This document shows positions 17,862 through 27,800 of a stretch of 64,000 nt of DNA, piece after piece. Below the pieces are notes generated by a model, which did no database searches, was not told the DNA's origin, and worked only from the letters and a program-made list of their open reading frames with translations. Positions within the stretch are counted from its first letter, which is position 1, and each line of letters opens with the position of its first letter. Position numbers and translations under genes: made by a program. The stretch comes from a virus, in IMG/VR virus record IMGVR_UViG_3300037258_000301, positions 64,001-128,000 of that record; one strand, 5' to 3'.

Positions 17862-20438
17862 TTGGATCTCAGCGAAGATCTGGTGCAGGGCAGCCTTGCG
17901 ATCCGGTCCAATGCGCTGCACACATTCCAATTTCAACTTCAGAACACCCAGCGCAAGTACGACGGCCTGCTCCGACCCATGGACAAAATCGTCGTCACGA
18001 TGACTCGTATTGGTGCCCCAGCTCGGGTGTTCAGCGGTTACCTGAACAACGGACCGGTCTTCTCCGTCTGGCCGCGCGTCATCTCCATTTCTGCCACCTG
18101 CACTCTCAAGCGGCTGGCCTACTGGTCCTGGGACTCCACCTCTCCGGCGGCCAGCACCCTGTTGTCCGAGTGGAATACCACCACCAACGCGGCAGCCCCG
18201 AGCGGAACGCCCACTGTTGGTAGTCAGTCTTCCGCTGCCGACGGCGGCCTTCGTGACCTGGTGATCGACCTGCTCACCAAGGTGTGCAACTGGCCCCAGG
18301 GACAGATCCATGTCGGCTCGATCCCGCCGGCTTGGTTCTCTTTCGCTCAGGCCATCGGTGACGAGATCGTCGCGGCGGCTGACGAGTCGAATCTGATCGG
18401 CAACCTCGGCGGTACCGCATCGGTCGGCGGCAACAGCATCGCCTCCGGTGCCCAGCTCCCGGCCGGCAACTACGGCGGCGTCACACTCAGCACCGAGCAG
18501 GCCCAGAACGCTTCGATCATCTATGCGGTCGCGGCGAGCATGAACCTCACCGCACACGACGCGTCGCTGGGCATCGGATGTGCGATGCAGGAAGCCGGCC
18601 TCATCAACCTCACCACCGGTAATGCTGACTCCGTCGGTCTGTTCCAGCAGCGGCCGAGCCAGGGGTGGGGCACTGTGGCCCAATGCGAAGATCCCACGCA
18701 TGCTTCAACCCAGTTCTTTCAGCATCTCACCCGCGTCCCCAGTTATGAGACTCTCCCGTACACCCAGGCCATCCAGGCGGTCCAGCGCTCGGCCTTCCCC
18801 TTCGCGTACGCCAAGTGGCAGCAATTCTCCGACGCGGCAGTGGCCAAACTCCAAACCCTCAACGTCAACAGTTCCAATGCACAAAGTTTGCTCAACACCA
18901 CCAGCAACTCCGGTCTGGGTGCGGCGACTCCATCCGGCGCGACCGGTCGTAACGTTGCCGCCTACGGCTACAACCTGATCACTAGCCACGCCAGCAACCC
19001 GATCCACTACACGCTGGGCGGTGACAGCCCCGACACAACGGCCGCTGCGCAGGTTCAGCAGCTCGACTGCTCATCGTTCGTACAATGGGCCTACTACCAC
19101 GCCAGCAACGTCCACCTGGTGCGTACAGCGGCTCAGCAGCAGGCCGCGTGCAGTCGGCAGCTTCCCGCTTCGGTCGGCCAGTTCATCAAGGGTGCCGTAC
19201 TGTTCTCTGAGCCGGGTCATATCGAGTTGAGTTTGGGCAATGGCTACACCGCCGCCGCACATTCCTCCAGTTTTCCGCTCGGCGAATTCGGTCAGTGCCA
19301 GGTATCGATCGCCTACAACGGCCCCAGCTTCACCACGGCGGGCCTACTGCCCGGGATCGACTACACCGACGCGGCCACCACCCAGGCCGCCGCAGACGCC
19401 CTCACGGCCCTCACCGGTACTCAACACACCGTGTCCAACCCCGCCGAGTTTCCCGGAGATGGCAGCGGCGCCACCACTCCCGGTGCGGCCGGATCAGCGA
19501 GTAGTGGTGGAGATAGCGCGGCCTCGGTTTTCAACGCCTTGATCAACGTCTACACGTGGGGTTACACCCCCTCCGTGGAAGGGCAGGTACTAGCCGGTCC
19601 GCGCGCCCTGATGAACGACGACCCGATCCTGCCCTTCGTCGCCAACCTGATGCAGGCCAGTATGCGATCGTGGTGTTCGGCCCCCAACGGCGACTTCATG
19701 GCCTGGTTCCCGGACTACTTCAACATCTGGAACTACGCCGGCATCATGACCATCCAGCCGATCGAGTTGATGGACTTCACCGTCGACTGGGAAGACACCA
19801 ACATCGTGACCCATCAATACGTGATTGGGTCGATCCCCGGCATGGGCACCGTCGTCGATCAAGGATCCGGCAACCTTACGTCGACCACCAGCATCGGACT
19901 GCTCCAGGAGCTGGACAGTCAGGGCATCGCCACCATGGACTTCCCTCAGATCTTTCGAGCGATCTTCGGGCAGGATGCCACCCAGGACTTCCTCACCGAA
20001 TACCTCAATCGCTTCGGCGCCCGCCCCGACATTCAGCAGGTGCCTTCCATCCAGCAGGGTCGGCCCGAGTTCTTCCTGGCCCTCTACTTGTTCATGCAAC
20101 ACTGGGCCAACCAGTTCACCGCAACGGTGCCGATGACCTTCATGCCCGAGCTGTGGCCCGGCATGATCATGCAGATTCCGGCCTTCTCGTTTCAGTGCTA
20201 CACCGTCAACGTCTATCACAGCTTCGTGTTCGGCCCGAACGGATCATTCACCACCAATGCCGACATCTGCGCTCCGGCCCGCATGGGGGACGCCGACAAG
20301 ATGAGCGTGTTCGGCATGCTTCCCGTCGGCGGCCAGAGCTATCTCGGCACCCAAACCGGGCAGGACCCCTCGGTACCCACCACGGGCGCGCCGGTCACAC
20401 CCACGGGACATGGCCTACTGAGCCCACTGACGGAATGA
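17862..20438 (+). CDS. baseplate hub with inserted lysozyme-like and NlpC/P60 peptidoglycan hydrolase domains (true start may be near 17787)
   Basis: AMQEAG..DSVGLFQQRPSQGWG transglycosylase-like motif; YTLGG..LDCSSFVQWAY..GHI NlpC/P60 Cys-His; hub-like C-terminus FMPELWPGM. Confidence 0.82.
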   Translation: MDLSEDLVQGSLAIRSNALHTFQFQLQNTQRKYDGLLRPMDKIVVTMTRIGAPARVFSGYLNNGPVFSVWPRVISISATCTLKRLAYWSWDSTSPAASTLLSEWNTTTNAAAPSGTPTVGSQSSAADGGLRDLVIDLLTKVCNWPQGQIHVGSIPPAWFSFAQAIGDEIVAAADESNLIGNLGGTASVGGNSIASGAQLPAGNYGGVTLSTEQAQNASIIYAVAASMNLTAHDASLGIGCAMQEAGLINLTTGNADSVGLFQQRPSQGWGTVAQCEDPTHASTQFFQHLTRVPSYETLPYTQAIQAVQRSAFPFAYAKWQQFSDAAVAKLQTLNVNSSNAQSLLNTTSNSGLGAATPSGATGRNVAAYGYNLITSHASNPIHYTLGGDSPDTTAAAQVQQLDCSSFVQWAYYHASNVHLVRTAAQQQAACSRQLPASVGQFIKGAVLFSEPGHIELSLGNGYTAAAHSSSFPLGEFGQCQVSIAYNGPSFTTAGLLPGIDYTDAATTQAAADALTALTGTQHTVSNPAEFPGDGSGATTPGAAGSASSGGDSAASVFNALINVYTWGYTPSVEGQVLAGPRALMNDDPILPFVANLMQASMRSWCSAPNGDFMAWFPDYFNIWNYAGIMTIQPIELMDFTVDWEDTNIVTHQYVIGSIPGMGTVVDQGSGNLTSTTSIGLLQELDSQGIATMDFPQIFRAIFGQDATQDFLTEYLNRFGARPDIQQVPSIQQGRPEFFLALYLFMQHWANQFTATVPMTFMPELWPGMIMQIPAFSFQCYTVNVYHSFVFGPNGSFTTNADICAPARMGDADKMSVFGMLPVGGQSYLGTQTGQDPSVPTTGAPVTPTGHGLLSPLTE

Positions 20439-20445
20439 GGGACGC

Positions 20446-21198
20446 ATGGCCACCGCCGGAGGACCCAACGTCCCAGGCACGACAAGTCGAGGATCGACAC
20501 AGCTCGGGGTGACGGTGATGTCCGTCGATGGCCCAATCGCCGTGGTGCTCGATCAGACAGGACGCCAACTCCAGGTGCGACGCGACTTTCTGCGTGCCAA
20601 GGGGTACCTGCCACAGCCAGGTGAGCAGTGGCTCATCGACAAGGCACTCAACAACACCTGGACCTTCGCGTTGTGCTTGAGCGCGAGCAACAGCGTCGAC
20701 ACGGACGTGCAGGCACTTCAGAAATTTCAGGATGACACCGACAACGCCATCTGCATCCTCACGCTTGTCTCTCCCCAATCGATCATTTCTGATACCGATA
20801 CCTTCGCGACGATCGGATGGCAGGTCGAGTCCGACGCCTTGGGCATGGCCACCCTCAGCACCTCCGGAGGTACCCAGAGCTTCGTCACTACCGCCCGAGA
20901 GGGTCTCTACCGCCTTTCTCTACATGCCACGATTGGCTCGGTCTCAGGGGCGGCGATGGCCGCCTTCATCACCTACCAGACCCCCTCGGGGGCCGCATCG
21001 ATTGCCCGAGACAACCGCGTGTCAGTTCCGGCAGGTAGCGATGGCACCTGGGTGAATCCGGACCGCGAGGTCTACCTGGGGGCAGGAGTGAAGCTGTACT
21101 GGGGCTTCTGGTGCTCGGCCACCTCCACCCTGAACACCTCCGCGCTGAATCAGCCCACCGAGCTGGAGGTGCGCTGCTCGGTGCCGGCCCCGAGCTGA
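20446..21198 (+). CDS. putative baseplate spike-type protein with beta-sandwich C-terminus
   Basis: OB-like N-terminus (LPQPGEQWLI); lies between hub and wedge genes. Confidence 0.5.
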   Translation: MATAGGPNVPGTTSRGSTQLGVTVMSVDGPIAVVLDQTGRQLQVRRDFLRAKGYLPQPGEQWLIDKALNNTWTFALCLSASNSVDTDVQALQKFQDDTDNAICILTLVSPQSIISDTDTFATIGWQVESDALGMATLSTSGGTQSFVTTAREGLYRLSLHATIGSVSGAAMAAFITYQTPSGAASIARDNRVSVPAGSDGTWVNPDREVYLGAGVKLYWGFWCSATSTLNTSALNQPTELEVRCSVPAPS

Positions 21199-21227
21199 CT
21201 GTCTCGACGATGAAGGGCCAGCAGTAA
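21199..21227 (+). promoter_or_regulatory. CTGT-N21-GTAA candidate late promoter for the baseplate wedge operon
   Basis: Intergenic CTGT at 21199 and GTAA at 21224, before a GGGAGGT RBS. Confidence 0.6.
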
Positions 21228-21249
21228 CTCGGAAGGGAGGTGACGGTCC

Positions 21250-21699
21250 ATGATTCAACTCGGCCTCGTTCACGGCGATCTGATGATCGGTACCGACGGT
21301 AGCTATTTGGTCGTTACTGGGGCCCAACGTATCCAGCAAGATCTCACTTTGGCCCTGTCCGATGTTTATGGCACCGATCGCTTCCATCCATCCTGGGGAT
21401 CAATCCTGCCCGAGTACTTGGGCAACATTAACAACTCCACCATGCAGGCTTTGGTCAAGGCCGAAGTCAATCGCGTCCTCCAGAACTATTTGACCATTAC
21501 CCAAAGTGGCGTTATCCAACAGTCGATGACGAACGTGACCAATAACAACAATCCAGGTGCGTCCTACACCACTGCGGACGTTGTGCGTTCCGTCGATGCC
21601 ATTAACGTCTCCATGACCCTGGACACCATTTACGTCTCGGTCCAACTGACCACCCTGGCCGGCCAGAGCATCACCATCGGCCAGAAGGTAGGAAGCTGA
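21250..21699 (+). CDS. baseplate wedge protein, gp25/GPW-like
   Basis: IQQDLTLAL..GTDRFHPSWGSIL motif; 149 aa. Confidence 0.8.
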   Translation: MIQLGLVHGDLMIGTDGSYLVVTGAQRIQQDLTLALSDVYGTDRFHPSWGSILPEYLGNINNSTMQALVKAEVNRVLQNYLTITQSGVIQQSMTNVTNNNNPGASYTTADVVRSVDAINVSMTLDTIYVSVQLTTLAGQSITIGQKVGS

Positions 21700-21700
21700 C

Positions 21701-23536
21701 ATGCCCACCCAGTCGGACTATGCCGCCAACCTGGTGGCCGCCCTGGCCGCGTCCGAGCCCGACCTGGACACCTCCATCGGTACCCCGATCCGCAAGATCA
21801 TCGACGCCTTCGCCGAGCAACTCGCGGAAACCTCGGTCGACGCCAACCTGGTCACCTACCAGTACGACATCGACTCGAAGTCCGGCGGAGATCTCGACTC
21901 GTTCTGTGCGCTGTTCGGCATCACGAGGATCCCGGCCCAGCGGGCCCAGGGTGTCGTCACCTTCACTCGTCCCGATGACGCCTATGCCGCGACCACGATC
22001 TGCGTCGTCGCCTCAGGTACCCAGGTCGTGGCCTTCACCAACCCCTACATCTACGCCCAGACCACTCTGGCAGCGTCCCTGGGTGTCGGTCAGACGAGCG
22101 TCGACGTTCCGGTACAGGCCGTCATCGCGGGCTCGGCGGGCAACGTCGCGGCCGGCCTGCTCAGCACCATCGCTTCCAGCGTTTCTGGAGTGACCACCTG
22201 CGTCAACAACGACCCCCTCACCAATGGGTCCGATGCCGAGACCGATGCGGCGCTGCGGGCCCGCTTCAAGCAGACCGTCTTCCGATCCTTGGCCGGCACG
22301 AGCGCCATGTATGAGGCCGTAGCCCAGAGTGTGCCCACCGACCCCAGCACTCCCAGCACCTTCGCCGTCAGCGCGGTGAACGTGCTGGGCAGCTCGAAGC
22401 GTTACCGGGAACAGATCCAGGTCATCAGCGGTACCGCAACCTCCACCGTCACCAATGCGGCCTACATTTACGCCGATAACGTCTACTGCGGAACGGATAT
22501 CGACGCTGGCGCATTCCTTCAGCTCAGCACCGACTACACCTTCCAGCCCACCAATCCGTCGAATCGGTCCAACGCCACCGTCGTGATCACCTCAGCCAGC
22601 TCGAACATGCCCGACGGCTTGTACGACCTGGACTTCGAGTATGTACCCCAGTCCTCGCGCAATGATCCGGGCAACACTCGATTCGGCAATGGTGGCATCA
22701 ACAATCGAATCGACGTGTGGTGTGACGGTTCCATCCCCAGTGTGGCCACTCAGTCCGTCGTCTTCGAGAACAGCCTGACCTTCTCCAACCTGACGACGTC
22801 GCCGTACTACACCGGCTATTACACCAGTTCCAACTCCGCGTCGGGCACACCCACCACCGGAGCGATCTTCATTCCGCTGGTGTATGGGCCCATCACCAGC
22901 GTGCCCACCACGCTGAACATCGGCAGTACCGTCTACACCTACGGGACGGACTACTGGATCGTTTCGCGTAACGACTGCTTCGGTGGCGCACCCAACTCCA
23001 CCAGAGGAATCTTGTGGACGACCAATCCCTCCCGCATCCCGTCCAATGGCACCGCCTTCAGCATCCAGTACAACTACAACAGCGTCGCCTACGCGGTGCA
23101 GCAATCTATTCAGCAATGGCGGCTGGTCGGTACCGATGCGTGGATCCATGCCGGCGTGCAGGTTCCGATCAAGTTCAACCTCGCTGTCGTCTACAACCGA
23201 TCTTTCGACCCCACGGCAGTGAACACCTCGATCAACACAGCGCTGGCCACACTCTTGACCGGCTTGGGCTTCGATGCCGAACTGACGGTGTCCTCGGTAC
23301 TCAATGCGGTCTCCAACGTGCCCGGAGTACTGAACGTGCGCTTCTTGACGAGTACTGACGACGGTACGAACTACGCGATGCAGCAGATGTCGGTCTGGAG
23401 TTCAAACACCATCGTGAGCACCTACGCCTCGGCGGGCCGGGCCCAAGACGTCTTCTTCGCCGACAACCAGTACCCCGTCTTCTACGCGGCCAACCTTGTG
23501 CAGCGAGCGCCCAACTCGTTCTTGGTGGGGGCATGA
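21701..23536 (+). CDS. baseplate J-like protein
   Basis: LDSFCALFGITR..AQGVVTF; AGSAGNV; NGSDAETDAALRARF. Confidence 0.92.
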   Translation: MPTQSDYAANLVAALAASEPDLDTSIGTPIRKIIDAFAEQLAETSVDANLVTYQYDIDSKSGGDLDSFCALFGITRIPAQRAQGVVTFTRPDDAYAATTICVVASGTQVVAFTNPYIYAQTTLAASLGVGQTSVDVPVQAVIAGSAGNVAAGLLSTIASSVSGVTTCVNNDPLTNGSDAETDAALRARFKQTVFRSLAGTSAMYEAVAQSVPTDPSTPSTFAVSAVNVLGSSKRYREQIQVISGTATSTVTNAAYIYADNVYCGTDIDAGAFLQLSTDYTFQPTNPSNRSNATVVITSASSNMPDGLYDLDFEYVPQSSRNDPGNTRFGNGGINNRIDVWCDGSIPSVATQSVVFENSLTFSNLTTSPYYTGYYTSSNSASGTPTTGAIFIPLVYGPITSVPTTLNIGSTVYTYGTDYWIVSRNDCFGGAPNSTRGILWTTNPSRIPSNGTAFSIQYNYNSVAYAVQQSIQQWRLVGTDAWIHAGVQVPIKFNLAVVYNRSFDPTAVNTSINTALATLLTGLGFDAELTVSSVLNAVSNVPGVLNVRFLTSTDDGTNYAMQQMSVWSSNTIVSTYASAGRAQDVFFADNQYPVFYAANLVQRAPNSFLVGA

Positions 23537-23537
23537 G

Positions 23538-24848
23538 ATGACGACTCCCGCGAGTGGCAGCTCCTCGGTGACGGCGCCGATCCTCCTCGACTCCGATCAG
23601 TCCTCCATCTTCAACGGTCTGCTCACTACCGCATCAACCGACCTCATGACTCTCCAGCTGGAGAGCACTGCGGTCGAGGCGGCCAGTCCTACGCTCATCA
23701 CCACCACCAATCCTCTGCTGCCGGATCGGCTCATCACTTCTCGCTTGTCCCACATGGACCCCGACATCTACGACCTGTCCCCGAGCAGCCACTTGATGAA
23801 GCTACTCAAGGTCTTGATGGGCAACGCGGGTGCCGGAGCGCTGCGCAGGCAGTTCACCCAGAGCCGCATGGCCAACTCCTTCAGCGGCATGCACTTCTTG
23901 GACCTGGATCACTTCTACGGCGCGCTGTTCGGGATCCAACGCACCAATGTTGAGCTTCAGATCGATACCGGCTTCAACCCTTACGTTGATGCCACCGACG
24001 GCGCCACCTGGGACGACATCCACTCTCGGGATGCCTCCTACCGTGACCGCATCCAGAAGTTCGCCAACGCGATCTACCTGGGTGGCTCATACGCGGGCTT
24101 GCGAGCAATGGTGTCGGCGCTCACCGAGGCTGACTGTGAGATCTACGAGAGCTGGGAGTGGATTGACGAACAGGACGCGGGAATCGGTGTCCTGCCTCTC
24201 CAGAACTACACCTACACCTTCCTCCAGACCAACTTGACCTATGGAGCGATGCAGCCTCAAACCTGGGGTTTCTGGGGTGGTGGCAGCAGCAATATCTTCT
24301 CTGGTCGTACCGGACAGAAGAATCGCTCCGAGATCATCATTCAGCCACATCGCATCCTGACCGCCGATGAGACCTACGAGATCGTTCGGGTCATCGACGT
24401 CTTCAAGCCGGCCGGCACCAACTTCACGATCAACTCCAGCGGGATCGGAATCCAGACACCATTGGAGATCCGGGATGTCGCAGCAAGCAGTGAGTATTGG
24501 GACATCACCGTCAGCCTCATCCCCAACCCCGATCTTGCGCTAAGCCCTTATCCGGCGCAAACCTCACCGTGTGTACGACCGGCATTCTCCCAGTACCAAG
24601 GGGGCAGCTGGAATTACAACGCTGACCTGTCCACAGTGAGCAGTTACACGATGGAAAATGGCGTAGTGACGGGATCGCCTGACGACGAGACGATAGTTTT
24701 CACCGATGGCACCTCTCGGGTCTACGGCTCCAGCAACGCGGTGATGACGGCCGCACAGGCAGCTTCGGCCGAACTCGTCTCCGACGGTGTCCTCTCAGCA
24801 AGCCCCTATGCCCCGGCCCGATCGGTTGCGGGAGTGAGCGCTTCATGA
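23538..24848 (+). CDS. baseplate wedge protein (P2 gpI-like)
   Basis: DLDHFYG..DASYRDRI..GGSYAGL and FKPAGT motifs; follows baseplate J. Confidence 0.65.
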   Translation: MTTPASGSSSVTAPILLDSDQSSIFNGLLTTASTDLMTLQLESTAVEAASPTLITTTNPLLPDRLITSRLSHMDPDIYDLSPSSHLMKLLKVLMGNAGAGALRRQFTQSRMANSFSGMHFLDLDHFYGALFGIQRTNVELQIDTGFNPYVDATDGATWDDIHSRDASYRDRIQKFANAIYLGGSYAGLRAMVSALTEADCEIYESWEWIDEQDAGIGVLPLQNYTYTFLQTNLTYGAMQPQTWGFWGGGSSNIFSGRTGQKNRSEIIIQPHRILTADETYEIVRVIDVFKPAGTNFTINSSGIGIQTPLEIRDVAASSEYWDITVSLIPNPDLALSPYPAQTSPCVRPAFSQYQGGSWNYNADLSTVSSYTMENGVVTGSPDDETIVFTDGTSRVYGSSNAVMTAAQAASAELVSDGVLSASPYAPARSVAGVSAS

Positions 24849-27800
24849 CAAGCCCGAGTACGCTGCCTACGCCCTGGACCGGCTCTGTGCCGCTGAGCAG
24901 CCTTCTCCAGGCCATCAGCGTTGAGCCCAGGCTTGCGCTATCCAATCAGCAGGCAGACGACCCTCAGCGCTTCTGGGCCACCAACAACCGGCCTGCCACC
25001 TCCCAGGTCACCGAAGTCCTCCAGATCACTCTGGGGGTGCAGCGGCTCATCAACCATATCGTCTTCGACGTCAGTCACTTCCCCTGTGACGTCCAGGTTG
25101 AATACTGCGATCCAGAAACCAACATCTGGTTGCCGTGTCTGGATGCCCAAGCCATCGGGCCCACCCCCATCACCGCCGGCCTACGCGACTCCATCCCCTC
25201 GGTGCTACCGCCCATCAGCTCCATCGGCGGACACCTCCACCCGCAACACTCCTTCTCCGGTCACTGGCAGCATCTCGAACTGGCCATTCAGCCCGTCTTC
25301 ACGGCCAACATCAGGCTCCTGCTGATCCGGAACTCCACGGGACAACCCCCCACCGACAACTTCCAGAACCCCGTCGACTACTCGCTTGCGGTACGCCGCC
25401 TGAACCTGCAATACGTCGTGACGTCACTGTTGGACGTCCCCTCCACTCCCGGAGCGTTTGCCTCCACCACCGACCTATTCGGCTCGCCGGTCAGCTACAG
25501 CCTGCGCGTCAATGCGGCAGAAAATGTTCTTCGCAACACCAGCGCGACCGGCGGGACGCAAAGCGGTCAGCAGCTGATCTGGAAGTGCGAACCACAGCCA
25601 GTGCCATGGGCCGTCATCAACTTCTACCTCGATGTACGAAACATCGAGGGCGATGCACAGGTGATTGATCGCGTCTACGTGGACCCGCTCTACACAGGTC
25701 CTGCCATGAATCTCTACTACTCCGTCGACGATCCGAACGGAGTCTTCGTTCCCGGATTCGACCCGCTGCCTGATGGCGTCATCCAGGTCAACGACACCGA
25801 TGCCATCGGTGGCAACATTCTCTACTCCGGACTCGCCGGTGTCGGTGACATCGCTTTCGTCGACATCAACAACGTCGCCGTTGGATACGACCCGACTCAC
25901 TCTTGGTGGTTCGGCGGCCTCATCAATGCCAAGTATCGACACGACGGCACTGAAACGATCGACCATCCGATCATCGACACTGGCGATTGGCAATGCTGTC
26001 TGACCCCCTTCGGGTTCCTCTTCTCTACTTCGGGTGGCGACTACCTGTCGCTGCCGATCGCCAACTTCGATCCCGCTACGCCAGTGAACTTCCTGTTGTC
26101 TTATGACAGTTCCACGAACACCGTTACGGTGTGGATCCAGGTAGGTCCCACTTCCTACACCGGATCGGTGACGCTCACGACTATCCCGGTGGCGGTCACC
26201 AACATCCGGGTGGGCGGATTCCAGACGGAATACCCGGGTACGTCCGACATAGACTTCACCGAACTGCTGCTCAAGGTGGACGACGTTCCCGACACGGCGA
26301 CAGTCCTTGCCTTCCTCGCCAATCCAGACCCCTACGTCCTCAATGATACCTATCTGGGTAGCCAAGATCCTCGCGTGAACAACGCACTATTGCGTTATCA
26401 CATCGAGTTCTTCGACGGGATCAACAACCCGGCCGGCTTCATCGGTGGCCCACCCGACCGATACGCCGACCTGTCTTGGACGCCGATCACTCGGGACTAC
26501 ACCCTACAAAAAGGCTTCTGCAACTTCCTGCCGACGGCGGCCAAGTACATCAAGATGGAGTTCTCCGGTCTCGTCCCGGAAGCCTACGAACTCTACGAAC
26601 CGATCCAACGCACGGTGTTGACCTACCCCACGGCGTTGGGGGGCACTGGCGGCAACTCTCCGGCTCCGGTCGACCAACAACGTCCTGGCACCACCGCGAG
26701 CTGGAAAGTCAACCTGATGCTGTCCGCCAATCAGTACACCGGCGGTGTCAATCCCATCATTGGTACGGGCGGACTGCCAGGCAAGAACTACACGGCGACG
26801 ACCGCTCGGGCCATCACCAATCTCGAACAGCAGGCCCAGCTCGCCCTGAACAACTGGACCTGGCGCTTCTTGCCCAGTTCGTCTCCCACGGTGATGCCGT
26901 CCTTCTCCACGACCGGACCGCACAACTACGAAGAGGTCGACATCACGCCGACCACCAAGGTCGGCTACTTCGTGGGCCTGAAGTCGGTGGGTGCTTACCG
27001 GCTGGATTATTCGACCACGGCCGACACCGATCAGTACATCGACCTGTTTTATGACACCTCGAACTTGGCTCCAGCAACGAACTTCCTGCTTCCCCAACCC
27101 CATGCACTCACCTCCGGCGCCGCAGATTACGCCGAAGCTCAGTCGGTGGTGTTCAACTCTCAACGTGTGGTCTCGGCCATCCAGTTCGCCACCACTCAGT
27201 CCGATCCAACCCAGCTGCTACCCGACGACGGCTTCGACGATCCGACTCACACCTCATGGAACGTGGTGGGGGACGCGTCTTTCGCGCCCGGAGTGGAAGT
27301 CAACCAGATCGTTGGTTCGACCCTCCAGATCAGTCGTAACGCAACTGGAGTCACCTGGTCACAATTGACGTCCACCTATCAGACCTATCAGGAGATCATT
27401 AACCTCTCCACCATCACGTACTCGTCCATCATGCAGGGATTCTCGGTTCCGATGGACTCCGGCGGGGTGTCGAGCGGAGTGATCACATCGCCCCCGGGTG
27501 GTCGTGTGTACGCGGCCGGTCGGGTCGTGGCCGGCACAAACCTTTCTTCTCCGCTCTACGTTCAGATCGTTGACAACGATACGGGTGCCCTCCTGTCCGA
27601 AGAGGCCGTTACGGTACCGGCCAATTCGGTCGTTGAGTGGTACACCGGTTACCACATCGGAGATGGTGTCGATCCGCGTCCGATGCTGTGGAGTGACTTC
27701 TCGACACCCATCACCGCGCTTCCGATGCAGGACAACTTCACTCGTCCCAATGCCACCGTGCTCGGGGCGATGAACACCACCCAGGTCTGGGCCTACGATC

